The notes under the pieces were generated by a model. That model had not been told where the DNA came from and did not search any database. It saw only the letters and a list, made by a program, of their open reading frames with translations. A DNA stretch of 64,000 nt from Octopus vulgaris (taxonomy: Eukaryota): positions 48,546,001 through 48,610,000 of the forward strand of contig OX597826.1 in assembly GCA_951406725.2 (NCBI GenBank), written 5' to 3'. Numbering within the stretch: the stretch's first letter is position 1; each line of letters begins with the position of its first letter. This document shows positions 11,646-24,539 of this stretch, piece by piece. The position numbers and the translations under genes are program-made.

Positions 11646-12293
11646 GAATTATATGATCACTCATTGTCGATTATATATTAAAACTCCATAGAGTTATTTC
11701 CCCTATTCATTATCAACATACTTTTGCACGTCGATAATTTTATATCTTTATAAGTTCATATTTAATGCCTCACAATTATCATTCACAGGGCTATTTTATA
11801 TTAAGATGATATACGATCGTTCTAAAACAATTTTATTTCTCTTTCATTTCTTTTTCTCATTTTCTTATTTTGTTATTCTTTCATTTTTACATTTATCGTT
11901 TATATAAATTTTCTTTAAATTGGTATATTATATAACGATGTCATCTCATTATCTTTTAATTTATTTTTTGGTAATTTATCTTCTTTTTATTTCAATTTCT
12001 ACTTATATGTACATATTTTTATTTACATAAATCGTTAATAAAGTTTATATTTAAATCAATATATTATATGATCGTTCCAAAACTCTTACATTCTTCTCTT
12101 TTCCTTTTCTTTTTTTTATTTCTTTTTACTTCGCTTTCTTATTAGTTTCCACGTTTTTCAGTTTTACATTTTTTATTGATTATTTTTACCTTTGACATTC
12201 GTAAGCGTACTTCAAACTTTAATTATTTAAGATCCCAACAAATTGCAAATTTATTTGGAAATATTTTGTAATATTCCAGTATCCTGTAAAAGC

Positions 12294-12385
<92 letters not shown>

Positions 12386-12387
<2 letters not shown>

Positions 12388-12580
12388 ACTCTTTTACTTG
12401 TTTCAGTCATTTGACTGCGGCCATGGTGGAGCACCGCCTTTAGTCGAACAAATCGACCCCGGGACTTATTCTTTGTAACCCTAGTACTTATTCTATCGGT
12501 CAATTTTTCCGAACCGCTAAGTTACGGGACGTAAACACACCAACGTCGGTACGGGGACAAACACAGATAACACACACACA
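12386..12580 (-). mobile_element. SINE family A, 3' half
   Basis: Tail tactcttttacttgtttcagtcatttgactgcggcc. Confidence 0.8.
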
Positions 12581-12610
12581 CATATATATATGTGTGTGCA
12601 TACACACACG

Positions 12611-12669
<59 letters not shown>

Positions 12670-13112
12670 TGACTTAACATATTTTAAAAAATCCGAAGGT
12701 TAAAAATTGTGTTACATACAAAATTTAGAGGACTGACCACTAAAAGTGGACAGCCTATATGCTAAACATAGACGTCCAATCGCCATTACCACGAAGAATG
12801 TGTTCTCAAAAGAAATCTCAGCAAAAACCAAAATGTAAAAATAAGCAAGGCAAACGAAAATATACGAAATAGAAAACGATTGCCTATGTACAATTGGTTT
12901 CACTTGTTACTATTTACGTAGCTGGACACGCAAACATTTGCAAGATCATCAGCATAGTCTCTCGTTTACAAAAGCACAATTTCCAGAACTAGTCACAGAA
13001 CGCTCAACTGAAATCCAATTTGCATAAAGTTCTACAAATTATATTTAGATGTATCTTTTCAAATGCTCTCACTTTGGCGCACTGAGATTGGAAACTACTC
13101 TGTAGTTAATGA

Positions 13113-13167
<55 letters not shown>

Positions 13168-14188
13168 GTATGTATGTATATATGTTCTTTGTTGATCTAT
13201 TCTTAATTAAAAGACTGAAAAAGATAATATTCAGAATTGCTATCATGAAATTTCAGTTTCTAGAGTTGGATATTATATTACTTGAAATAGTAATAGTGAG
13301 CACATGACTTCCCTTTTTCATTATGTATTGTTCTTGTATTTTATTTGATTTAGGCACTGAACTGCAGCTATGCTGAAGCACCACCTTTAATAGCCTTAAC
13401 CGATCATAGTGACTCAGGTGCTCATTTCATGATCGAGTATTTGCAATTGCTTAAAAGTGAGTGCAATGCAAAATTGGAAATAAAGAAAGACAAAACAGAT
13501 CTTCAAATTTTTATCAGGTATTTCAATATTTCGGGGTTAACAGCTCTTTGTCTTCCTGGTAGTTTTTCTCACATTTTGGGGAGGAGTGATAAATGCCTGG
13601 CTAGTATTAATTTTCTTATAATAACTAATTTGCTTCATGCAGTTTGAATCTATTGTAAATTGACAGTATCAGTATATGAATGAAGATTGCCTCCTTGATC
13701 CCCAAATTCCCTGTGTTCTATTGCCATAATGATATTTGTTTCTTAAGTGGTACAGTTATCTGCTCATATTCCTTGACGTGCATATGCAGTTTTCGGGTAC
13801 CTATATTGCAGTCTATTTGAGACACTATATAGGCCTTTCAACATATATCCACATGAATGACAGGACAGTTGATCACATTAAACACATCGTCGCTCACTGT
13901 TATATAATTTCCAGACTGGAATTTCCACCATTCCATCTTAACAAAGGTGTTTACATTGCAAAATATTGAAAGATAAATAAACATTTAAACTACTGTTCTG
14001 AGTTTTTGTAAATTCTGCCTTGTTTTCCTTTACTTCCAGTCTGCATTGTACAAGCTTTTACGCATTCTTAACTCTCTCCTTTATTCTTTCTGGTTATGTG
14101 TACGCATGTGTGTGCATAAATATATGCATGTATAAGCATGTATACACACACATATATACATATAGTCATATATATTTAGATATATATG

Positions 14189-14700
14189 TACGATGGTGAG
14201 TCAAAAAGTAATGCCATTTTGTTAAGGACAGGTATAATTAGCAACACAGGAACATGTATCATACATCAAAATGAAGTTGGTCCTCTGTGGATGACATCCC
14301 TACTTCTCAACATAGTCACTGTTTGTTTCAATAGCAATGTTCTACCTTCAAATGAAAGCAAGTATCCCTGTATCAATAGCAATGTTCTACCTTCAAATGA
14401 AAGCAAGTATCCCTGTATCAATAGCAATGTTCTACCTTCAAATGAAAGCAAGTATCCCTGTCCCGTAAAATTCTGTTGACTGGAATAATGTTTGCCTTGT
14501 CACTGGAATAATGTTTGCCTCTCAAACCCTCTTTCATGGGGCTGAAGAGATGATAGTCTGAAGGCGCTAAATTATTCCAGTGACAAGGAAGTGAAATCTG
14601 TAGTGAAGAAGTGGCTCAAAGAACAGAATTTTATGGGGCAGGGATACATGCTCTCTTTCGAAGATGGAACATTGCTATTGAGAGAAACAGTGACTATGTA
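14189..14700. mobile_element. Mariner-derived fold-back remnant
   Basis: TACGATGGTGAGTCAAAAAGT mariner-type TIR; plus-strand DKEVKSVVKKWLKEQ..FYGAGIHALFRRWNIAIERNSDYV (mariner C-terminus); an inverted copy of the same segment at ~14300-14470. Confidence 0.7.
14328..14461. repeat. 45-bp tandem repeat x3 inside the mariner remnant
   Basis: tcaatagcaatgttctaccttcaaatgaaagcaagtatccctgta repeated at 14328, 14373 and 14418. Confidence 0.9.
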
Positions 14701-14862
14701 TATAGTACAAGTACATCTTGTTATTTGTTCATACATATCTGCTTATACCGACTGTATTATATACTGGTAGATATAAGGGTATCACACTTAGTGAGAGTAT
14801 CTATGTTTGCATGTGTACATATGGTCTTGTGCTTTTATGTCACTGTGTGCTTGAAGCTAATA

Positions 14863-15230
14863 GTGTGGCACCTTGGGCAAGTGTCTTCTACTATAGCCTC
14901 GGGCCGATCAAAGCCTTGTGAGTGAATTTGGTAGACAGAGACTGAAAGAAGCCCTTCATATATATATATGTATGTATGTATGTATGGATGGATGGATGGA
15001 TGGCTGGATGGATGTATTTGTGTGTCTGTGTTTGTCCCTCCACCATTGCTTGACAACCAATGTTGTTGCATTTACATCCCCATAACTTAGCCCTTTGGCA
15101 AAAGAGACCGATGGAATAAGCATCAGGATTACAAAGAATAAGTCCAGGTGTCGATTTCTTCAATTAAAAGGCAGTGCTCCAGCATGGCCACAATTAAAAT
15201 GACTGAAACAAGTAAAAGTGTAAAAGTATA
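14863..15230 (+). mobile_element. SINE family A (5'-truncated)
   Basis: gtggcaccttgggcaagtgtc ... atgactgaaacaagtaaaag. Confidence 0.8.
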
Positions 15231-15456
15231 CATATATATATGTTTGTATGAATATAAATAAGTATGTCTGTATGTTTTTCTTAATATGTGATGCATATAT
15301 TTTGTGAGAGCGTTCAATACATGAGTTGATATTTAAATTATATGTGACTGAATATGCATGTATTTATGTGTATATCTATCTAAAAGAGCAAGAAGGGAAA
15401 GCTATACATGTACATTCATATATATATATATATATATATACACATGTGTGTGTGTG

Positions 15457-15493
<37 letters not shown>

Positions 15494-16403
15494 GTGCATG
15501 TATTTATATGTATCTATGTATGTATATACACACACATATATATACATATATATATATACATACATTATATATGTATATATATATATATACATATATGCAT
15601 GCACATGTATACATAGGGAAAGAAAGAGAAGAGGAGAATATACAAAGAAAAAGAAAGCAAGTGAAAGAATGTGCCAGTGTATATATATATATATTATGTG
15701 TGTATATGAAACTATATTTCGCTGTGTGTTTATGAACATGTATCCATTCAAACATGTATGTAAGAGAATACATGAGAACAACACAGCGAATAAATAAATA
15801 AATAAATGCATGCTTTCATACATTAATGCTTGCTCTTCTGTGTGAATGTGTGAGTGAGCACTTGTATGCATGTGTGTGTATGTGTGTGTATGAGTGTGTT
15901 TGTGTGTATGTGTGTGTATGTTTCTGGCAAATTAAATTAAAAGTGATTATAAGAAATTAAGCGATATTCTAATTACATATATAATTACAGTTTACACTGA
16001 TATGGAATAATCAAATTCTGCTCTGAACATTACAAGGTGTCATGTGACAAATTGGCCCACTGCTTGATGGTGAATTTGAGCTGTTGTTGTTCTTCTTCTT
16101 ACAAGTCTTTTTACATGCACACACACACACACGCACACACACACACGTGTTCCTATATGTATGCATGTGTGTTGGTGTACAAGAAAAATACATATAAATA
16201 TATGCTTATATCTGTATGTGTGTGTGTGTATATGAGTATATATGTGTTTGTATGTATGCATTTATGTGTATGTATATATATATATGTGTATATGTATTTA
16301 TGTGTATGTATATATATATACATACACACATTGAGAGAATGAGAGAGAGATAAATAGATACGTAGATATATATATATGTATGTGTATATAAGTATATATG
16401 TGC

Positions 16404-16460
<57 letters not shown>

Positions 16461-16901
16461 CATACATAAATAAATGATTATATACATACATATGTATAGA
16501 TATGTTTATATATATATGCATACATACAAACATACACACACACACATTCACATTCACACACACACATACACATTTACACACACATGCCCACACACACTCA
16601 CACATATATTTATGTCTTTGTCATGCCTGATTAAATTCACTCAGTTCTCTTCAGAAAATTATTGGTAACAGGAAAAACATCCAACCATAAACATAAGGCC
16701 AAACCACACCCAAAACAAGGAAACAAGGGCTGGACTCCCTATGCTACTTCCCAGATGATTGATCTAGGATGGTGGATAATAACTCTAAATAAGGAATGAT
16801 ACAGATCATAAAAGGACACTTCAGTCCTTCTTGCTTGAGACAATAGTATATTTAACTGCCACAGATTTAGTCATAAACGTGCATAGTCTAGTGGTTAGAA
16901 T

Positions 16902-17120
16902 ATTGGTTTCAAATTTTGGCACATGGCTGGCAATTTTGGGGAAGGGTGTTAGTCAATTATATCAATCCTAGTATTCAACTGGTATTTATTTCATCGACCT
17001 TGAAAGGATGAAAGGCAAAGTCGACCTTGGTGGATATTGAACTGAGAACTGAAGGACGGATGAAATGCCGCTAAACATTTTGTCTGGCATGCTAACGATT
17101 CTGCCAGCACCCCGCCTTTT
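16902..17120 (-). mobile_element. SINE family B
   Basis: aaaggatgaaaggcaaagtcgacc...gctaacgattctgccagc. Confidence 0.75.
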
Positions 17121-17329
17121 AACCACAAATAATGGTTTCATATTGTAGTACAAAGGTCAGCAACTGGAGAGGTTAGTCGATTGCATTGACCCTACTGCTC
17201 AACTGGTACCTAATTCATTGACCCTGAAAAAAATGAAAGGCAAAATCTACCTTGCAATCATCAGCTCAATACCCTAACCCCTAAGCCACATGCCTTCACT
17301 GTGTGTGTGTGTATATATGTATGTGTATT

Positions 17330-17740
17330 ACTCTTTACTCTCTCTTTTACTCTTTTACTTGTTTCAGTCATTTGACTGCGGCCATGCTGGAGCACCGCCT
17401 TTAATCGAGCAACTCGACCCGGGACTTATTCTTTTGTAAGCCTAGTACTTATACTATCGGTCTCTTTTGTCGAACCGCTAAGTAACAGGGACATAAACAC
17501 ATCAGCATCGGTTGTCAAGCAATGCTAGGGGGACAAACACAGATACACAAACACACACACATATATATATACATATATACAACGGGCTTCTTTCAGTTTC
17601 CATCTACCAAATCCACTCACAAGTCTTTGGTCGGCCCGAGGCTATAGTAGAAGACACTTGCCCAAAGTGCCACGCAGTGGGACTGAACCCGGAACCATGT
17701 GGTTGGTAAACAAGCTACTTACCACACACCCACTCCTGTG
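17330..17740 (-). mobile_element. SINE family A, full length
   Basis: Complete reverse copy. Confidence 0.85.
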
Positions 17741-17743
17741 CCT

Positions 17744-17785
<42 letters not shown>

Positions 17786-17805
17786 TATATATATGTGGGT
17801 ATATG

Positions 17806-17845
<40 letters not shown>

Positions 17846-18217
17846 CACAGACATGCAGGAAGTAAATAGACACATTTAAACACACAAGTGCTACAGTCGA
17901 CTTATTTGGCTAAACTCTTCAAGGTGGTGCCCCAGCATGGCCATTGCCAAATGACTGAAACAAGCAAAAATGATAAAAAACATCGAAGCAAACCATTGAC
18001 TTTTACAAGTTGAATCCAGAGGAAAACGATAATAATTATCTGAAATTATGGAGGAGATTCACCAAAAGAATTGATCAGCTTCAACTTCATGTTTGAGTAA
18101 TTCTGTAGTGCTTTAACCATTTGGCATTTAAACCGGTCATATCCAGCTCAAATATTCTACTTGTTTCTTGTTCAAACCACCCAGATCCAGCCTCTCACAC
18201 CTAAACTACAATGTCAT

Positions 18218-18600
18218 TGTGGCTGTGTGGTAAGTAGCTTGCTTACCAACCACATGGTTCCGGGTTCAATCCCACTACATGGCTCCTTGGGCAAGTGTCT
18301 TCTACTATAGCCTCAGACCCACCAAAGACTTGTGAGTGGATTTGGTAGATGGAAACTGAAAGAAGCCCGTCGTATATATGTATATATGTATGTATGTGTG
18401 TGTATATGTTTGTGTGTCTGTGTCTGTCACCCCCAACATCGCTTGACAACTGATGCTGGTGTGTTTACATCCCCGTAACTTAGCAGTTCGGTAAAAGAGA
18501 CCAATAGAATAAGTACTAGGCTTCCAAAGAAAAAGTCCTGGGGTCGATTTGCTCGACCAAAGGTGGTGCTCCAGCATGGCTGCACTCAAATGACTGAAAC
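18218..18600 (+). mobile_element. SINE family A
   Basis: Near full-length forward copy. Confidence 0.85.
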
Positions 18601-18672
18601 ATCATTAAAATCTTGAAGCTACAATCATGATTAATACTAAGTGATGGGAATGAAAAATGCTTTGCTTTAGAT

Positions 18673-19346
18673 CAGGGGTTCTCAACCATTTTTTATCTAT
18701 GGACCCCTTTGAAATACTATCTTATTGTGGTGGACCCCCTTGGCCATTCAATGTTTAATAACTAGTTAAAACTACAGTTCTATATTCAAGAGATGAGGAA
18801 TTATGTACATTATTTACATTATTTACATTTGACGGGCATATGGCGTAGTGGTTAAGAGCATGGGCTACTAACCGCAAGATTCCGAGTTCGATTCCAAGCA
18901 GTAACCTGAACACTAACAATAATAATAATAATTATAATAATAACAACATCGAAAAATACCTTAGGAATGAGAACCCAGGTTCGAAATTTCCCCAAGACAC
19001 CTGATGAAGGCTGGAGGGTATATCAGCTGAAATGTTGTGTTAACAACAAACAAGATGAGGACAAATATCTGTCAATTGTAAATAATGTAAATAGTTGAAA
19101 CTAGTTTCAAAATTCCTATTTTGTTTTTTATATGGTTACTTGTGTAGGTTGAACTATGTAAAATGTTAGAGAAAGAAACCTAGCTGTTTCTTGCATTGTA
19201 TACCAAAACATACAACTAAAGCAAATTTTTTTCAGGGGTCCTTAAAATACTATTGTGGATTTCCAATTTACTATTTTGTTATGTAAATCCCCAAAAAACT
19301 TATATGGACTCTCAGGGACCATGTAGACCCCAGTTGGGAACCACTG
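18673..19346. mobile_element. hAT (Charlie-like) MITE
   Basis: CAGGGGTTCTCAAC ... GTTGGGAACCACTG TIRs; 8-bp TSD CTTTAGAT/CATTAGAT. Confidence 0.75.
18775..19091 (+). mobile_element. Short Penelope-like element with tRNA-like head and hammerhead motif (family P)
   Basis: Inverted 3' piece (18775-18833), A box TGGCGTAGTGG (18841), B box GAGTTCGATTCC (18884), hammerhead GACAC-CTGATGA-AGGCTG..CAGCT-GAAA-TG-TT-GTGTT (18996-19041); TSD TAGTT(A/G)AAACTA at 18763 and 19092. Confidence 0.75.
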
Positions 19347-20167
19347 CATTAGATTGAGTAATCTGAATGCTAAAGGATTAAGTTGATTGCCCAAGAATGC
19401 ACCCTAATCTTCCTCCCTGGACTTGAACACTTTTTGCTGACTTTCAAAAGTTGAAAGTCACTGTTGACCTCAACGGGATTTGAACTCAAAATGTAGAAAA
19501 TCGGAACAGATGCTAAGAGTTGTTAAAACATTATTCAATGTTCTAACAACTCTGCCAATTTGTCATTTCAATAAATTATACAATTGTGAAAATTTGTTGA
19601 CTTATCCAACCCATATCAGATGAACATAAAATATAACAAAAATAGAAGGAATATCTATCAAAGAAAGAGAAAGAAAAATGGTATAATTCTCAACAGAATA
19701 TAAGTTGTGCCAATTCCATGTTTCCTACTTATTACTGAATTTGTTGACTCAAGAATTTATGTGGTTTTATTATTTCTTTTTTATTCTCCCAAAAAACCAT
19801 TCCTAAAGAACTTACCAAAGGTTTTGTGTTACAGGAATTCTTCAGTGATTCATTAAGCAAATAAATTATTTCCTTAGTTATAGCAATTGATCTTATCCTT
19901 CTGTGACTATCCCATCAGCAGACTGGGGAAATGTCTGGAATATATGCCGAAATCTGCTGAACCATTAAGAATGGCAGAGACTGTTGACTGAAGACCTGTT
20001 ACCGTGACTGGGAGACTGACGGCGATAATTGTTTCTCACTTTCTTCCTTTTTTTTTTACTTGATTTGTTTTTTTTTAGTGGAATTGGTTATAATAAAGAA
20101 AAAATAAAGGAAAGAAGAAAATTCTCATTTTGTGAAATAAAATACAATAACAAGCCATATGTATATG

Positions 20168-20201
<34 letters not shown>

Positions 20202-20352
20202 ATGTGTACACAGACAAACACACACACACACATGCACAGGCATCTCTGTGCAGTTAAGAAATTCCTTTCCACCTATGAGCCTTCAGGTTCAGTTCCACTG
20301 TGTGGTACCTTGGGCAAATGTCTTCTACTTGTGTGTGTGTGTGTGTGTGTGA

Positions 20353-20540
20353 TTATCATCATTTAACATCACTTCTCCATGCTGGCATGGGTTGGACGGT
20401 TTGACAGGAGGTGGTCAGCTGAGGAGCTGCCCAGGCTACATCTCTGTCTTGGTATGGTTACTATGGCTGGATGCCCTTCCTAATGCCAATCATTTTACAG
20501 AGTATACTGGGGGCTTTTATGCAGCACCAGCATGGGTGCA
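20353..20540 (-). mobile_element. SINE family C
   Basis: catcatcatttaacatc..ccatgctggcatgggttggacgg..ggatgcccttcctaatgccaa. Confidence 0.7.
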
Positions 20541-21121
20541 GTTATGTGGCACAAGTAACTACATGCCTGCAAGATTAAGAATGTAGAGATGGAGAGGCAT
20601 GCAAGAAATGAGCCTGTACCTAGGAGCAATCATGCTTTTACTTAGTTTGACTTACCTTTCCAAGTACAGCAAACTGCCAGGTGTCTCAGTCCCCTGTCAT
20701 CCCCACTGTGAGTCCCAACATCTGTAGATCCTTTCTCACCATATGTGTGTGTGTGTAATTATTAGTGAGAGAATCAGTATTTATACTAAAAGATAATATT
20801 TATTCCCTGCTTAAATGTGGGTGTTGTATTGAACGACAAAATACTGCAATAGTTACAATGAAAGACACTCTCATATTGGCTTTGGGTGCATATAAGCACT
20901 CTTGTTTATATTGCTAGTGGCAAGATAAATCAGCTGCCATCATCAATGCCATGACTGCCAGATCACATGATTTCAACCTTCCTTGACCTTGTCAGTTATA
21001 GACATCCAGGGCAAGAAAAAGCAGCGATATCTCTCCTACTGAAATATGTAAAATCACAGTGACTAAACAGTATGACGAATAGTCAGTGGGCTTATTAAAA
21101 AATTATTATAATTATATATAT

Positions 21122-21553
21122 AGGTGCAGGCGTGGTTGTGTGGCAAGATACTTGCTTTCCAGCCACATGGTTCTGGGTTCAATCCCACTGTGTGGCACCT
21201 TGGGCAAGTGTCTTCTACTGTAGCCTTGGGCCAACTAAAACCTTGCGTTTATTTAGAAGACGGAAACAATGGTTAGGGCAGCAGACTCGCAGTCGTAGGA
21301 TCGTGGTTTCGATTCCCAGACCGGGCGTTGTGTGTGTTTATTGAGCAAAAACACCTTAAAGCTCCATGAGGCTTCGGCAGGGTGTGGTGATCCCTGCTGT
21401 ACTCTTTCACCACTCTTTCTCTCACTCTTTCTTCTGTTGGCCTGCTCACTTAACCAGCGGTGTGGCATCATTCGAAGGCTAAAACAATGCGAATGCATTG
21501 TGACCAGCGATGCGTAACAACATCTGATGGTCTGGTCGGTCACGTGATCACGT

Positions 21554-21590
<37 letters not shown>

Positions 21591-21840
21591 ATGTATGTAT
21601 ATATTTATATGTATATATCTATGTGCATGCGTGTCTTTGTGTCTGTGCTCGTCAACCACCACTAATTGACAACCAATGTTGGTGTTCTTACATACCTGTA
21701 ACTTAGCAGTTTGGTAAAAAGAGTCTGATAGAACAGATACCAAGTGTACTGAGATCGATTCATTCAACTAAAAATTCTTCAAGGTGGTGCCCCAGCATGG
21801 TCGCAGTCTAATGACTGAAACAAGTAAAAGATAAAAGATA
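21122..21840 (+). mobile_element. SINE family A with a SINE D inserted at ~21270-21556
   Basis: Head at 21122 and tail at 21780-21840 flank a second tRNA-head element (ggttagggcagcagactcgc..ttcgattccc). Confidence 0.7.
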
Positions 21841-22146
21841 CTATACATGCACATATATGATAGGATTCTTTCAGATTCCATCCACCAAATTCACTCACAA
21901 GGCTACAGAAGACTTTTGTTAGTGTGGGGTTATAGTAGAAGGCACTAACTCAAACTGCTGTACAGTGGGATTGAACCCAAACACCTGTGGTTGGAAAGCA
22001 AACTTCTTAATCCCTATGCAAAGAAACATATTTCAAATCTGTTTTACTGAAGATTCTATCATGGTGCAGTCTAATACATACATACATAAATACATACATA
22101 CATGCATACATACATACATGCATGCATGCATGCATGCATACATACA

Positions 22147-22179
<33 letters not shown>

Positions 22180-22832
22180 GCGTACATACATACATACATA
22201 CATACATACATACATACATACATACAAACAAACAAAAATACCCTGTTGTTGATGTTGAAATTCCAATGAAGGAGCCTTGGATCTGGGCTAGAAACCAGTT
22301 CTTTCTCTATTGGCAAGAAATCTTGCAATAAACTGAATAATGACATACATACATGCATGCATGCATACATACATACATACATACATACATACATACAGAG
22401 ATACATAAATACATACATACATACATACATAGATACATACATACATACATACATAGATACATACATACATACATACATAATATATAGATGCATACATACA
22501 AACATACATACAAATTTGCATACATATATACACACATATATACATATACACATCATGTAAGGTCCAAGTGTGAATTTGTCTGTGTTATCTACATCCGAAA
22601 GATGGAGCCTTGTATCTTTGTTGGAAACCAGCTCCCTCCTTAGTGGAAGATTTATAATAATTAAAATATAGAAGTGACACATACATATATACGAATATAT
22701 ATGTGTTTATACATACAAATATATATTACTGACATATATACATTTAAAAAATTTTGTATTGGAGGAAAACATTAGAAAACAATAAAAGGTTCCCCTCCAT
22801 ACAATTATATTTACATAAATATGTACACATAA

Positions 22833-22874
<42 letters not shown>

Positions 22875-23114
22875 TCATATATGTATGTATGCATATATAT
22901 TTATATATATATATATACATATATATGAATATGTATATTTATGTATATATACATACATACATGCATGCATGCATACATATAGATATACATATTTACACAT
23001 ATATATATCTATATATCTATCTATACATATATATCTATGTTTACATATATATATATATATATATACACACATGTATGTATATATATATACACACATGTAT
23101 ATATATATATACAC

Positions 23115-23149
<35 letters not shown>

Positions 23150-24539
23150 TATATATAACTCAATACATACTTAATTGGGGGCACATAATTTGGTAAGTCA
23201 TATATGCATAACAATACATAGTTCCATAAATCTCTCTCTCTCTCTCTGTATATATATATATACATGTATATAAAATGATGAATATACATACGTAAATATA
23301 CATGCGTACATACATAAATATAACTATTTGTATATATATGCATATGTATACATATCTATGTATATGTGAGTCTGTATGTATAAATATAAATATACATGCG
23401 TGTGTATGTGTGTTCATGTGTATATAAGTGTGTATGTGTGTTCATGTGTATATAAGTGCGTATGTGTGTATGTATATGCATGATTGTTTTAAAATGTGTG
23501 TGACATTGTTGTCGATGTTGTTGGTACTGTTAGGCGTGTGGTGCTTGTCTTCAACTATTTTAATTCATTAACAATCAAGTGTTCAAATAAAATAATAATT
23601 TTCTGAAGATTTTTTCCAGAGGGCGGGGCAGATAACAAAATGTAACAAAAGAAAAAAATAAGCAAAGAAAATTTAAGAAAGAAAGAACGTAAAAAGAGAG
23701 GAAGAAAGGAAGGAGAAATAGGTTATTTTTTTTTATATATACAGCAATGAATGGCTAATTTAAGTTTGATTTATCTTTAATACAAAACTACAGATCAATA
23801 ACCAATTATGTGAATCAATGAAAACTACTGCATTAAATTGCTCAGTAAAAATGTTTGCAACAGGCAAAATGCATTTTAAAAAGAAAATTTGATGAAGTAT
23901 ACAAATATAAATAGACATAACTTAGTGACAGGCAAATTTCAATCCAAGTATATTCAAACAAAGATATGCTTGGATGGAGGAGAAATATTTTTGCAGCCTA
24001 TTGTTGTTGTTGTTGTTGTTGATTTTAATATTATTGTTGTTGTTCTTGGTCTTCTTGTTATTTTTATTGTCCTGAAATTTGTTTTATTTGCAGTATGCTT
24101 TCATAAGCAGCAGCAGCAGCAGACACATCATATCATCATCATTGTTAATCATTATCATTATTTGTATTAATAATAGTAGTAGTATTTATATTGTTGGGGA
24201 GGGCCGCAGTGGTGATGGTAGTTGTGGTGGTGGTGGTGGTGGCAATGGTAGTGGGAGATGTAGGTGATATTAAAAGCAAGTCAGCAGAATTGTTGATACA
24301 TTGGCCAAAATTCTTAGTGCCGTTTTGGCCATCATCATGTTCTAAGTTCAAATTCTGCTAAGTTTCACTTTGCTTTCCATCCTTTTGTGGTCAATAAGCA
24401 CTGAAGCTGATGTAATTGACTAGCCCACCCGACAAAAATTTCAGCCTTGTGCCTATATGTACAAAGAATTATTATCGTTATTATTATTAATATGATTCAA
24501 CTTGACTCAGGATTGTTCTTATTCCTTGTAGAATTTATG

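Larger units (their letters stand above)
18117..19377. mobile_element. piggyBac-type MITE split by nested insertions
   Basis: TTAA|CCATTTGGCATT ... AATGCTAAAGGA|TTAA; pieces match the intact copy at 37252-37465. Confidence 0.6.

Noticed and set aside
12670-13120. Possible promoter (unique sequence with ACTACA-like motifs)
   Set aside because: Motif matches are partial and there is no linked exon; cannot be supported from sequence alone
17658-17740. Recurrent peptide MPKVPRSGTEPGTMWL / EDTCPRCHAVGLNPEPCGW as a protein family
   Set aside because: It is the antisense translation of the SINE A head, recurring with every copy
18834-18910. Genuine tRNA gene (also SINE heads at 41033, 56676, 60615)
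   Set aside because: A and B boxes are present but acceptor stems are poor and each is embedded in a repeat family
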